The translations under genes and the position numbers were made by a program. A DNA stretch of 63,677 nt, counting the filler, from Choristocarpus tenellus KU-1152 (Eukaryota; Protista; Phaeophyceae): assembly GCA_964200185.2 (NCBI GenBank). It is 12 parts of 12 records of this genome, joined end to end, with 100 filler letters (N's around TTAATTAATTAA, not from the genome) between each part and the next. Parts side by side here need not be neighbours in the genome. Positions count along the whole stretch, not along the records: positions 1 to 10,902 come from CAXNAD020002637.1; positions 11,003 to 13,666 come from CAXNAD020025836.1; 10 more parts are not named here. One strand, given 5' to 3'. The notes under the pieces were generated by a model. The model worked only from the letters and a program-made list of their open reading frames with translations. It made no database searches and was not told where the DNA came from. Below are positions 1 to 13,047 of this stretch, piece after piece (position 1 is the first letter of the stretch; every line of letters starts with the position of its first letter).

Positions 1-618
1 GGTCATGCGTGGGGGTGTTAGTTTACTCCCCCTTTCCCGTTTTTTCTCCCACTGGCACCCCTGTGCGCGACCCCCCCCCCCCCCCCCCTCTAGATACTTT
101 TGGCCTTGAAGTACACACACAAGTTCACCCAAAGACCTTGTATATAGAGGGTGATTAGCTTTGCTTTCTAATAGTAGAACTGATAATGTATGTCATTAGA
201 TTGATGCTATATATATGCATGCCCAATGGGCAACATATTCTGTCCTGGAATATCCAGACTTGAAGGCACAACACTGAAATAACTTTCTATTTTAATATTG
301 AAGTACACTTCTGACGATCTCTGGGATGTGTCAAATTGATATTACCCAACATGCACAAAGGGGAACAGGTTAGCATGGTGTCATACTGAGTCAAAGTAAA
401 CGAGAGGTACCAGAGTTGCATATTATGGATGCTGATAAACACACGCAAAGTTCGTCTATTTTTACAAATGCGTATAGGTAATTTTCTGAATTGTGTCACA
501 TTTTTTAAAGCAACAGAGAAATCATCGTTCTCAAGTCAAACTTAGCACTTCATCCATAGAAATATGGGTGAATTGCAACATAATATATAACTAGCTTAAA
601 AAGTACAAACTCACTCAC

Positions 619-1924
619 TGTATTTAGTCTGGCAACTCCAGGGAGCACACCTGCTTTTTCCTGTGCTGAAGGACTCATTCAGATGTGAGGACCATGAGTC
701 ACCATTCTCCTCATTGCTCCTGTCACTATTGCTACAGCTCCTGCTACAGCTCCCCGTACTATTTTTAGGTTCCAGTAAACTGCATGAGCCACCCTGTCCA
801 CCTTCAACAGTGAACTCCTCGTCAAGGGGTAGTTCTTCTTTGGCACAGTCATCCAAGGAGCTGGGTGCAAACTCTGGGGTGCATACGGTTGCAATTCTAC
901 CTTCAGTACCACTACCAACCTCTAAAGCTGATGCCCTGTTTTCCTCCTCACCAACACACAATTCCAATAACCCATCCCTTCCCTGAATTTCCTTCCCTCC
1001 GCATTCTTCATTGGGTCTTATTGAACGCGAAGTTGCAGCTCTCTTCTTGGGTTGGCTGAGAGCTTCCCTGGAACTCCAAGAGCGACCCAGATGCCCACCT
1101 GCTCCCTGCTGCCCATCCTCATTGTGTCCTGCATTCCAGGCCCCAGAGCACCCCCGAAGACCAGCCTTTCCTGACAAGATTGGGTTTAAGGGAATATCCC
1201 CACTTGAATAAGGTGTACGCTGACACAACTACAGCCTTGGTGCCGCTCCAACAATCTTCTTGCTCTGTGGGATGTTTTCCTCGTTCTTTTGGCCTGATAA
1301 ATAACTGGGGTTCACTGGCAGGGGCGAAATAGGGACACTCTTGCTGGATCTCATCAGGTGACCAAGGGGAGGTTACACCATCCTTGCCTTCAGAGGATGG
1401 TCTGCCCAGGGAAGGAGTTCTCAGCATCGGCGATGTCATGGAAGATGTTAGGTCTCTGCGCCAAGGTCGATGGTCTCTAGACCTAGCCGTAGATTGGCGG
1501 GTAACAATAGATAGTAGATGTAGACTGGCAAACGTGCGCAGGTGAAATTAAATCGCGGTAAACCTACTCCCAATGACAACCGAAGACTTTCCCCCTCAGT
1601 CAGAAGGGAGGGTCTATCATTGCTCACTGGAGTGCCTGAAAAAACCTTATCGCACTCTTGATTAAATATATAGTAAGTCCTTTCGAATATAAATAGTGCA
1701 GTACATTAGTACCATTATCCTACACTACTTTCTCTCCAGTATCCCTGGTCACGGGTAAGGGAGATGGCGACAGGAGAAGGAGTTAAAAGGTGTCCCACCC
1801 TTCCCTGATGGATTAATTAGGTCGGCGAAACGGGAAAAACATGTGGGGGGAGAACAGGGGGCGTACAATACCTTTCGTTCTTGTTTTCAGTCTTTGCAGA
1901 AGGTCTGGTATTCCCATTCCCCAT
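619..1924 (-). CDS. Hypothetical low-complexity Ser/Gly/Glu-rich protein (5' part); N-terminus MGNGNTRPS resembles an N-myristoylation signal
   Basis: Exon 1924-1872 (MGNGNTRPSAKTENKNE, donor AG|gtattg) joins in phase to acceptor ctag| at 1482 and continues into ORF 1119..1439. A later segment reads in ORF 611..1228 and ends at a GTGAGT donor near 618. The junction between the two frames was not resolved. Confidence 0.45.
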
Positions 1925-2457
1925 AGTCTTGAGACCCTCCAGTATTCACGTAGGGAGGTCAGGGCAGGGGCAGTTACACCGTTACGTTTGGGGTTCGCGC
2001 GATCCGCGAGACCACCTGTAGCACCATCCATTAGCCTATTATCGATCGATTTATCAATTACCACACATCGATTAAGTATATGATGCACGGATCCACTAGA
2101 ATTATGATGACACGTCTATTATTCTGCCTTGTATTCTTCTTGTTGCATTGCTGTAAATAGTCGGCGATTTGTATCATTTAACATTTTTAAGAGAAGCACA
2201 TTTTACCTCTTCACATGAATTGGACTCCACATGTTAATCAACATACACGAATATTATATTATTACTATTTTAAAGATATACTCTGTAGTAGTTATCGGTA
2301 GAAGTGAAATGAACTACTACTACTGTGGATAATTGGAACTATCACCACACGCTCCACTTTAGGATGTTGGGCGTTTGGGACATCAGATTTGAGTTCTGGT
2401 AGGGCAATGTGATCAGGTGACGGGTGAAGGTATATTGCAAAGTGCAGTAGTACACCA

Positions 2458-2724
2458 GAGTCAAAGCAACTAACTGAGAGGTGGGCAAGGTTGCATTTTA
2501 AGGATCCCGAGAATGAGAAAAAATATGCCGGTTTGTTCAATTGCAGAAAGAGCTTTGGGTTAATTGTGGTTTCACTTTCTTTGTGTGTGTAAAGGAGAAG
2601 ATCAATTTTGGCGTACAGTATTGTGCACATACAGCAATGAACTAGAGTGTATTGAACAGGGTAAGAAATATGACTTGGAGCGCAAAGGGTTCCAAACCTG
2701 CTTGCCTTTCAATTAGTTTGGCTA
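2458..2724 (+). mobile_element. MITE family A copy (~260 bp; TIR approx. GAGTCAAACCAATTGAGAGGTAGGCAGG)
   Basis: Clearly similar along its length to 29422-29703, 44340-44763, 60184-60437 and 60595-60861. Ends form imperfect inverted repeats. Confidence 0.7.
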
Positions 2725-2943
2725 ACACTAGTAGTATTAATGCTAGTAGACATATTAAGATAGATTTTACTATTATCTCTTTCTTCCATTATCAGTTAGT
2801 TACGCCTTACCAGGTCCTTTAACTCCTACCTAGCAATAACTTCACGTTTGAATAGAGGATGCCTGACTTTCGATTAACATTCTCGTGTCCTACTATTTGT
2901 ACACATTTCTGGTAGACACTGGAAGACTAGGAGTCGAACAAAA

Positions 2944-4643
2944 ATGCCGGTGAGAACCTTGGAAGGCGAATGGTTTTCAACTACTCTGAGTGAATCTGTT
3001 GGTCTTTCCTGCTTCCCCTTTGTAGAGAAGCAAGAACAGGTTGATCGTTGCCCAATTTGTAAGGTTCCATTTCTCGGTTTCCATACCTGGGTATAGATAC
3101 CTGGGTAGTGGGTTGTGTGAATCGTAGTGTCTTAATGAGTAATGCTTTGCTGTAGCGCACTAAGCAAAGCACAGCTCTCTCTTAAGAAGATTGTCCAACA
3201 ATCACAGCTCCAAGTCCAACCTCCAGACTCAATATTCTAACCCCCCTCCCACCAACCACCTTGAACGACCCAATGATATCTCGACGAAAATGTGAAGACC
3301 TTCATTCTGAAAGTAAAGTGTGAGCTGGATAATGTGGCGTCCATGAAGGCAGACGAGAACAACATGTGGTTTATTACTCTTCAGAGTCCAGACGAGAGCG
3401 AGATTCGAGAGTTTGTAGAGGTCACTCGTGCACGTAACGAGGAGCTGGCAGGTAGTAGGTGAGGAAACTAGGCAGGTAAGGTTGTTCATAGACGATGGGA
3501 AAGTTACGTGAAAGTATCTTCATTGCTGAAAACCACCCCTTCCACCTCTTTTGCCAGGGGTACGGCAAATGTTGTTATCAAATGGAAAGGGGCGAAGAAA
3601 CAAGCTACAATGAGTATTGTGGACATCAAGAAGGCAAGGTTGTGTGCATTTTTCTTTTCGTCAGACAATCAGTGTGTGTCGCATTAGGTGGTATGGGACT
3701 CTGACATCGAACCGTGATTGGGTTTGGTTCAGTTCTGATGGGTCATGTCTTCATTCCCACCTCTGTAATGCATACAAACTGATAAGCCTCGCTCAACTTC
3801 AAGGTTATTCGGCCTTACCCTGTGAACGTTTTGATGCCATGCAACAATCCTCCAAGGGTTTGTAGACCCCCCATCTAATCCGGCTCTCGTCATAGCCTTC
3901 CCCTTTGCTATTACCGCTCTTGATGACAGGTTACAACTGCGGGAGAGATAAAGGGAGAGCAGTCTGGGGAGTTTGTCCCAATCTTGGCCTTTGAATGCAG
4001 GTGAAAAAATTACTTTCTACTTGTTTTCATAGCACCCCACTTTCTCGATATCTACATTGGGTTTGCACAGTTACCGGCCTTGCATGTCCAAATATTGCAT
4101 TGATGCATTGTAAGTCTGTGAGAATACTGTGTTTGTCAGCCTATGTCATCTCTTGCATCAGCTTCTTTCCTTCTTTGGAAAATATTGTTTGTGTCATCTA
4201 GATGATTTGGTCTAGTGGCTTGTACATGCAACGCCTACACAGCTTCTTTGTAAGATGCATCATCTTTAGATGTTCCCTCTTTTTTGCATCCTGTACTACT
4301 GAAACTCCCTTGGTGAAAAAGTTTGGACGTAGATTCCGTGAGATTAAAAGGAGCACTCAACCTTTTGTGTCCATTTTTGTGGTGGTTTTAGCTCTATTCC
4401 ATAGATTTTTATCACTCTAGTACATGCACCCAAGACATGCTTCGTTTTCTCTATCGCTCTCCTGCTTGCAGGGGTTTGGAGCCTGTGAGGTGGCACCCAT
4501 CAACAGACTTCACTGTCATCAGTGAGGGTGGAGAGACATTTGAGGATGTAGACCTCATTGAAGGGGATTGGTCAGACTACTGTGAGGCATCTGCAGCCCC
4601 TATCAGCATCACGGATCTCAATCATCGATTTGAGGCTGTATGA
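2944..4643 (+). CDS. CZIB: DUF866 / UPF0587 (C1orf123, CZIB-like) protein, complete, 5 exons
   Basis: Exons 2944-2949, 3298-3458, 3558-3633, 3930-4000, 4472-4643 give MPTFILKVKCELDNV...GSRGTANVVIKW...FECRGLEPVRWHP...FEDVDLIEGDWSDYCE. The GSRG-A, FECRGLEP and DVDL-EGDW-DY motifs are typical of DUF866. Confidence 0.9.
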
Positions 4644-4799
4644 CACCATACATGATGACATGAAGTCATGTTTATAGAGCTCTAGTTGAACGTATTTTAA
4701 TATGTTCGAAGACGGGCCATACAAACTCAGCAGGGAATTTTTTAATGCCTATCCCTTAATTGTTTATTACCAGTGTGTGCACCATTGCAATATGGCCAA

Positions 4800-6100
4800 C
4801 CTCCATTGTTGTACGTTTCGTAAGACCTTGATTGTGGAGGGCACTGTGCCCTGCATAAAAAATTGTAATCATTGGGTCCAACATTACACAGCAGTTGGGA
4901 CAGTTTCTGGTGCTTACAGGGCAAATCTTATGTTACAAGTGGTGGATCTGCTGGCTGTTCTTTTTTATGACAGACCAACTTTGCAAGAGGAGTGTCTCTC
5001 CAACATACCCAATATCTGATACTAGATTGGTAATGCCCGTCATCTTTTAAAACTCAATGATGTGCTATGGTAATGATATTTCCTGCCTGTCAACAGACCT
5101 TACCAAGGTGTGTGAGTGGAATGATGGTGACAGTCTCTGTTCATTTTTATTGCTGCTGTTCTCACGTAGACCATCTATGCTGTCAGAGTCCTTGCCTGCT
5201 GTTGCGGAATGTGCAACAAGTTCTATAATCTAGGAAATCCATAAACTCGAAAGCATGATTGTCCCCGACAGTTAGCAGGTACTATGTTCACCGAGGAAAC
5301 CCCAAAGAGTTCAAGAGGGAACCTAAACATATAGGCGACAGACACCATTATATAAACAGTACAGTATTGCGTTACAAGTACTTGTGAAATCTGTACCATT
5401 GCAAGACATCTGTCACACATCAGATAACATGTAACTCAATGTTAGTGCCACCTTACAACTCTCAAGTCCATTTCCTCTGAAATGCGTGTTGTCCAGGACA
5501 ACCCTTGGAGTCCGATTCACATACAAGAGGGGAAAGGCTGGGGCCTATTGGCGTATATTAATGTGCATGTTGTGCACATTCCCAGGACAGCGCCTGGAGC
5601 CCAATTCCTATACGATGGAATGCTCGAGGCCAGTTCTTTTATGATATGGCATGTTATCCACATTATACAACAAAACATGGGGCCTATTCTCGTTGAAGTA
5701 TGTTGTCTAGGACGTCATATAGAATGCAAACCTTCTGTAATGCACATTGTTCAAGGCAATGCTTGGATTCAGCACCCTCCATAATAATTTCCAGGATAAA
5801 CATTCCGACTATGATTCCTCTGTTACACACATTGTCCGGCACAATGCTCGGAATCAATTCCATCCTCAAGATAACATGCTTCGTCCAGGATTCAAGTGTT
5901 TGAATTTGTAGTCCCATAACTTGAAAATGTGGAATTCATATACTATATGATCTATCCATTTAAGCTTTGTTTTTCTTTGTATCACAAAGTAAACTCCAGA
6001 CTTATTTCCTGGAAATCTATTTTCAAGGGTATCCAATTCCATGTGGTAACCACAACAGATTGTATATCTGAATTAGGGCAATGGATGAGAGTGAGTGTAC
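4800..6100 (-). mobile_element. Possible highly degenerate Ty1/Copia RT-RNaseH relic
   Basis: Minus-strand fragments occur in the expected order: VLLYNVDNM (YVDD-like), then IRYW...KEQPAD (RNase H C-terminal-like). Many stops and frameshifts. Confidence 0.25.
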
Positions 6101-6570
6101 CTGTGCCATTTTTGGCCATTAACTGGTATAGTGTAAATCATGTTCATGTTAGCTCCACACCACACTCTGGGGAATAATAGTATTCCATGCATCTGTGACA
6201 TTTCGCATTATTAGCAGGGCAGACCACACACCACCCACACAATCTGAATTGGTCAGACTATATTGCCCTCCTCACAACCATGCGTTGGTGTCTTGAAATC
6301 CAGCACACTCATCAAAACAGGTGGTACACAAATTTCTTGTAGACCTACTCCAATTCTCCACTACTTCAACCCCAACTTCAGATTCTCGGACACATATTCT
6401 ACCACTATCTTTTGTGTATTAAGAGTAGTTGCCCTATAATCGGTCAATAGTTGTATGATCGATAAAAAAACAACTCCATTCTTGTTTCCAATTTCTTGTA
6501 TCCCATTTTAAATTTGTCACACTCTACTTGCTTTTTGAGCTCTCCTTTCCCAGGTTCACGAGAAACGAAC

Positions 6571-8871
6571 ATGGCAGACGATTTCGACTATGAAAGTCTC
6601 GTTGCCATGGCGGAAGAGGAGGGTGAACATTACGAGGACTACGCAGACGATATGGAAGCAGAGATGGAAATGGCCCTTGAGGATCAGGTACACCTCACAA
6701 CTCCCCCACTGTGAACAGATACGCGCAACCTGTCTATTGAAGTCTTGATTGGTGTTGGGAATCGACCATTATCTCTTTTCTCTGATGCCGACTCCATGAT
6801 TCTTCTTGTGCCTTATGCTGTGAGTTGTCCTCCCCTTGGCAAGTCCCTTGCACCTTCCGTCTAGTATTGCCAATCCCGCCTCCCTCTCTTGCTGCCTCCC
6901 CTCTCTCCCTTGCTCCTTTGACTCATGCGATAGGAGGGCGATGCTAGAACCCCAGTCGCAAGAGGTGGTTCTCGATCCTTAGCTGTGCCCAGTGCTGATT
7001 TCCTGCTGCCCGAAGCAACACCAATATCCAATAGCGTTCGGGACCACAAACCAACCCCACCATCTCTCGATCAACGCCTTGGAGTTGAACGGGGTGACGA
7101 AGTGGAAGGTGAAAACTCACCAGCACAACAAGCTCTGAATAATGAGGGCTTGAGGTGAGATATGAGGTGGATGTGCATGCAGAGCAGGATACATGCGATG
7201 TGTGTGAAAGCACAAATCTCCACAAGAAAGATTCCAAATTGAGGAGAGAAGGGGTACATAGCTGAGACGGGTGGTGGGGGTTAGAAGGACTTGATGGTAC
7301 CTGGAGCAGGCTGATAGATTGGGGATAGGACTTGTACTCAGTTCCACCCCTCGCTGACGTTACGCTATACATCTGTATGTTGGAGCTTCTCGCCATCAAT
7401 TCCGATCTAATTCTCATTTTGTAGTATTGACATTCATTTTAAAATATTTATGGAGGAGATATGAGTAGACCGCAGGGAAAGTGAAAGGGGTCATCTTCAT
7501 TGTACGGACCGCTTCAACAAAAGCATCTTGCAGCTTGGTATCCATCACCCTTCACCCCACCCGGTCTCCCAACCTTCATGCTGGATGCTCTCTCTGTGGC
7601 ACTATCAAGCCTCTTGCCGTCCACAGTGTTGGGAGACAGTCAATCAATGCGCTGGACAAGGCGAGGGGATGACCATGACAACCACCGTAGCTACCCGGAG
7701 AAGCTGTCGTCAGTGCCTCATCATCTGCGCCAACGAGGTAGATGCAAAAACTACGAGGAGGTGTGTCATGTTCAAGTAATAATTAATTGAACTGTTTTTA
7801 ATGCGGTGTGTCAAAAAGATGCATCTGTGGAGGCCCCTTTTGGCCGCAATGCCACAGCCTTCTCAGTACTATCCTCAACCATGCCTATTCCTGAGCCACT
7901 CTCGTTCCTGTACTGGATAATATGAACAGTACTGACTCAAAACACACCAATGCTCAATATTCAAGTCTCACATGCCCACACACACGTGCAAGCCTTGTCG
8001 AAGATTGTTTCCCTTGTTGTCTTGAGTTATTGGGTTTTTTGTGGTATGATAGCGTATATTTGAAACAAAGCCTGCACAACACACTTGTGAGATGTGTACA
8101 TGACTGTGCACAATGAAATGTGGCTGAGGTGTACCACTGCCCAGCTCAGGTGTTGATTGCACTGCCTGTTGTTGTTTAGGTTGCTGACTGCGAGTGGTGA
8201 AAGGTTTCCCTGTAAACTCAGCCTTGACCTCAAGTTGCCTACTAGGCAACTTCAAAGTCCTTGGGTGTTTAAAGGGGATGCACCACTGGGTCTGGGGCTC
8301 CTCAGACTAATGTGAATACTACTACTCCTACTACTACTACTACTAGTGCCAATTGATGTCAACAGAATTATTGAAGTACTACATGTCAGCCTTGGTATGC
8401 GTGCAAATGTTTGGCATGTGGTTGAGGCCCAGTAATTGTGGTACAGGTGATCATCCCCTTTGTTTTGGACTCAACACCCTCACCAACCTTTTGTGCTTGG
8501 TTTGAACAGGATGAGATCCCTTAGGTCCTGGTTTGCATATTGTCAGTCTGGTTCAGCTATCCTAAGCACCCCTACAACCTTTTCTGTTCTCCTCACTGTC
8601 CTTCATTGCATCCCGCCTTAACTCTCCCCTTTGGGCTCCCTCTCAATGACAAACTGCATCACATGGGCACATCCCCTCCTCTTCAACTCCTCTGCTACAT
8701 TTCATATCTGGTGGTGGCTGGCAAAATGGGTTGGATCCGGCAGGGGCAGGGAGGAGCGATGATGGATTTGCCCCTTTGTCACAGTGCCCTGATGCTCTTA
8801 AAGGAGTAGAGACGCTGGGCAAGGTCTTGAGTCGCCCTGTGGCGAACGGCGGAAGCTTGCCCTTTGTCCAG
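6571..8871 (+). CDS. Hypothetical protein, 5' exons with acidic N-terminus (weak resemblance to the CTF18 N-terminus); truncated by the spacer
   Basis: Exon 6571-6687 (MADDFDYESLVAMAEEEGEHYEDYADDMEAEMEMALEDQ|gt) and exon 6934-7154 splice in phase. A probable later exon ~8744-8871 (GKVLSRPVANGGSLPFVQ|gt) is out of phase with these, so an intermediate exon is implied. Confidence 0.45.
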
Positions 8872-10902
8872 GTGTGTTTCTGTTCTTTTTTGGCCTTGTC
8901 TGCACTGATGATACTGGTGAGAGTTTTTTTTGTACTTGAGCTGCATTAGAGTGTTTGTGCATATGTTATGTATTGTGAAGTAGTTGGTCTTCGTCCTTTT
9001 TTTTTTTTTTTATTCCCTTAGGATATAGAGCAGAGCAGGACTGCACAGAGCGCTTGGTGTTAGTGAAGCAGGCCTACAAATTGTAGGGCGCTAACATAGG
9101 AAAGAAAGGAGCCAGTGGTGTGAGTGCAAGTGGGGAGGGAGTATTAGAGGAGTTGTGTGAATAGCAAAAATTGGGTGGGGAAGCAGGTTGTGATGGGAAG
9201 GGAATGCATTGCTTGGCAGGGACCTCGACGACTATCTTCAAATAGAGGAACTTTTTGTTGTTGTGCCGAATAATAAATTTTACAGTAGAGAGTTATTTTT
9301 GAAATGTATTTTTTATTGAACCGTTATATTTTTTGAGATGATAGAATTTGAGTCATCTACCTGCATCAGCAGCACAACAACTTTTTGAGTAATTCGTATT
9401 TTTATTAGTAGCCTTTTGCAGTCAGGCACAAGCAGTCCCTAACCCTAATCATATCTAGCGTTCAAACTAGGGTTAAGGCTTTTGTCGGCAGACTGGCTGG
9501 TTGAATTTGCTCGCGCCCATTGCTCCTCCGACCTGCGCTTCCTTAGTCAACAGAAATTGGAACTTTCCGGAATGGCTGGCGTCATGATCGTGAAGAAGTC
9601 CTAGTGCATGCACGAATTCAACGCTTGATTTAGTACAGTTTTGTTTTGGGCACTTTAGCTCTTGATTAGTCTACTGTAGCTATTTGACCTTTCAGTAGTA
9701 TGCAACCTACGGCCTACTACTGTAGGTTACATGACCGTTGCTGTTGCCATCACACACAGCACGGCATGGACTATTGCAAGGCGTTCTCACGAGAACACAA
9801 GACGGTTGGAAAACAGCCTTTATGGTGGCGAACTCCAGTCAATATAAATATTTTTGTAGTGTTGTTGGCGTGCAGCGGTAGCGGGCTTGTTGCCATGGGA
9901 AGAAATTGGGGGACTGTTATGTATGCTTTAGAAACGTGGAGAGGCTGCAGTGGGGGCCTACAGACAGATGGTATCGTTTCTGCTCATGACTTTTTTTTTT
10001 GGTACAGGTGGGAAGTGTTCCTCGTGTGGAAATGAATGTTTTTGTGGAAATATGAGAACGATACAGCAATGAATAGATGGAGCGTATTTTACTGCTGTAG
10101 AAACGGTTTATTTTATATTTTGGAATATAAAAAATTGATAGAAGTATCAGATTCCGTGGACTGCTTTATTTCAGCAGTGTGATTAGTTAAGGCAGGACAT
10201 AGTACAGTACAGTGGTGTGGTTTGAACTAAGTGACATTGTAGTGCAATCCTCTGTGTTTGATGAGCGACTTCCGACTGCGAGGTTTGGTAAACGTCAGAT
10301 TACAGTTACAATTACAATTACAGTTACAATTACTGTTGCAGTTACACCTTTTTATTGTTTGTCCACATCAAATCTGTCGCATCAAGAGGTGCAAAGAAGG
10401 GAATCAAGAATCTGCAGCAGTGGGAATTTTCACTGTCATTGCCAACTCTGCAGGTCCTGCTGAGCATTCTTGTTCTTTGTTGATGAGAGTTGCTGTTGTT
10501 ATGGTGGTGATATGAAAGGTCTTACTGCTGCATTGTTGCATTGGAAACATGGGAATGGGTGCTTTTGTACAGTATTGCACTTCGTTGCCATGCCACATCA
10601 TCACAAGGGCACTATCTTTTGGACATTTTGTATCGAGCTGGGTTTATCACCAGCTATAGTCTGTCTCCCAGATAATCTCTTTCCTGCACTCTCCTCTCTC
10701 TATGATTTCTTAAACATTTCCCATGGCACACCATAATTCCATACTCCCCCACCCCCTCTCTAGCAAACTGTCTAAAAAGTGCTACTGTGGCCCAAATGAT
10801 GTTGTTAACATCCTGTACTTGCTCCTCACCTACCTCCTACCCCTTCTCACCCCCCACGCACCCCACGGTCTTTCCCCCTCCCCAAGTCTCCTGGTACCTC
10901 TT

Positions 10903-11002
10903 NNNNNNNNNNNNNNNNNNNNNNNNNNNNNNNNNNNNNNNNNNNNTTAATTAATTAANNNNNNNNNNNNNNNNNNNNNNNNNNNNNNNNNNNNNNNNNN
11001 NN
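10903..11002. other. Artificial contig spacer N44-TTAATTAATTAA-N44. Also at 13667-13766, 16706-16805, 19383-19482, 22158-22257, 25946-26045, 30547-30646, 36032-36131, 39451-39550, 52492-52591, 56055-56154
   Basis: Eleven identical 100-bp blocks. TTAATTAATTAA puts stop codons in all six frames, a common concatenation linker. Confidence 0.97.
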
Positions 11003-11175
11003 GGGGGGGGGGGGGGAAGGGGGGGGGGGGGGGTTATTAAAAAGATGAACACTGGCAACAACATGATCGATGTTGGTGGCAGGGTGAGTGGATTGCAACC
11101 ACTGTCATCATCACAGATCAGTATTGAAATAATCCAATCTAAACAGGTGTGGGGTCAGGAATGTACATAGACCCC

Positions 11176-11214
<39 letters not shown>

Positions 11215-12831
11215 TTATGTGTAAAGGGAGAAACAGTAGGGATTAAGAAGTCAAGAAAAAAATAAAATAAAAAACCAAGACATTTCAAGGACAACAGCCC
11301 ACACATCCTTCTAGCACTTGCTCAAAAACAACAAAGCTATACTATCGACACAAACTTTCATTTTCATCCGAAATACTTCAGTGAATAACAAAAGGGATAG
11401 TTTTAGGGTTAAAGTTGGGGTTAACGCTTTTACAAATGATACAACTCTAAGGCTATAGTCATACAGTATCAAGCAAAAGGTGGGAGGACGGTCTTGATAA
11501 TCAGAACAATACAATACAGTACAGCGTGACTCTTGCTTGAGGGTTAGGGTTAGGGTTAGGCACCATCAACACTACCTCGATACAAGCCTACATGGTGTCA
11601 AGCATTAAAACCAATATTCTGGCAGTCGTGAGATACCTGGGCAGAGCTTGTACAGTGTATCTGGGCTACAGGCACAAAACAGGGTACCTAGCCTGCTCTG
11701 TACGGATCAATGTCAGTATCTTCTTCCCCTTCAAGCAATTCAAAACCGAGTCAATTGTATACCAACTAGTCACCCTGCTAACTAAAGCAATAATTTTGAC
11801 TCCACTCTGTACTATACCCTTGCCCCAGTGAATCCCTCAATTCTATGAATACCACTCAGATGTTGTAGCAGAATTGCACAATAACAGCAAGGAGATGGGT
11901 GCATTCTTGACATAAACATCATCAACCCTCAATCAAACAGAAAGGAACCACCACACTAGTCTCCACGGATATTATCATATCAACCAAATCAATTATCATC
12001 CAAACTAGATGCTACACAAACTTCTCTTGGAACATTACTACAGTTTCAGTTGCCAGAGCAATGAATAGATACCCTAGTAACTCGACTTCAAAAGACTTTC
12101 ACGGAGACAGGAGGTACAAGGAAACCCACACAGATCAGGCCAGATAACCACAATTTGACTGCAATGTTGGAGGCAGTTACTGTAGAAACAGTCTCCCCAT
12201 ATAGAGCTCTACGCAAAATTCATGAAAGGCCGCTCTACCTATCAATAAATAGGAATTGAAGTGTAAACAATTCCATTTTGCATCTGTTTGTGCAGTCAGT
12301 GCACCCTACTCCAAAGTAAACACTTTGGGGGGGTTAGGATTAGGGTTAGGGTGGCTCTTGTGTCCTTTCCTGTGTAGGTTGCATCAATGAGGATTGAAAC
12401 TCAGTTCAATATTAGCGAGTCCACTTACATCATAGGTCAGTTTAATGTTTGGGGAGGAAAAAACCCTACCATGAACAGATTGCGTGGATGAGAAAACATA
12501 CTGCACCAGGAAGGCATTTCTTACACCCTCGCACTACAACAGGTAAAACTAAGTCAGATTTCAACGAAATTTTAGGGTTAACCTCACAACGGGTTTTAGC
12601 AAGACCCCACAAAACAACAAAAATGTGATGATATCTTGTGCATTCATGGTCTGTCCCGTAGAAAGCTGTTTTGACCGATGCACTAAACAGAGGAACCATC
12701 ACAAATGTCACCTCTTCAAACTTCAAAAAATAAATAGGCCTTCAAACTTCATAAATAAATAGGTCCCAACACTGATGTTCATTCACATCCCCATCTTGCA
12801 GCAAAAACGCACGCATCCATTTGCAGCCCAC

Positions 12832-13047
12832 CTTTCCATTGTCCCCCTTAGCAGCAAGAACCATCCCATTTGACAGAAACCCTGCCAGCTTGGCTGCTTT
12901 GAGATTGCACACCACCAAGACTAGCCTTCCCGACATTTCTTCAAGGGTACAGTGCTCACGCAGACCACTGGCAATGGACCGAGGTTGTCCCTCGCCCACA
13001 TCTATCTCTTCACAATACAACCGATCTGCATCCTCATGGTTCCAGAC
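12832..13047 (-). CDS. Exon encoding a tRNA-binding OB-fold domain (EMAP-II/Arc1p/MetRS or TyrRS C-terminal type); partial gene
   Basis: cag|VWNHEDADRLYCEEIDVGEGQPRSIASGLREHCTLEEMSGRLVLVVCNLKAAKLAGFLSNGMVLAAKGDNGK|gt carries the canonical tRNA_bind motifs (ADxLY, IDVG, SGL, VCNLK, SNGMVL). Confidence 0.9.

Noticed and set aside
10947-10958. TTAATTAATTAA as a biological PacI-like palindrome or piggyBac target
   Set aside because: Always centred in exactly 44+44 Ns; it is an assembly linker.
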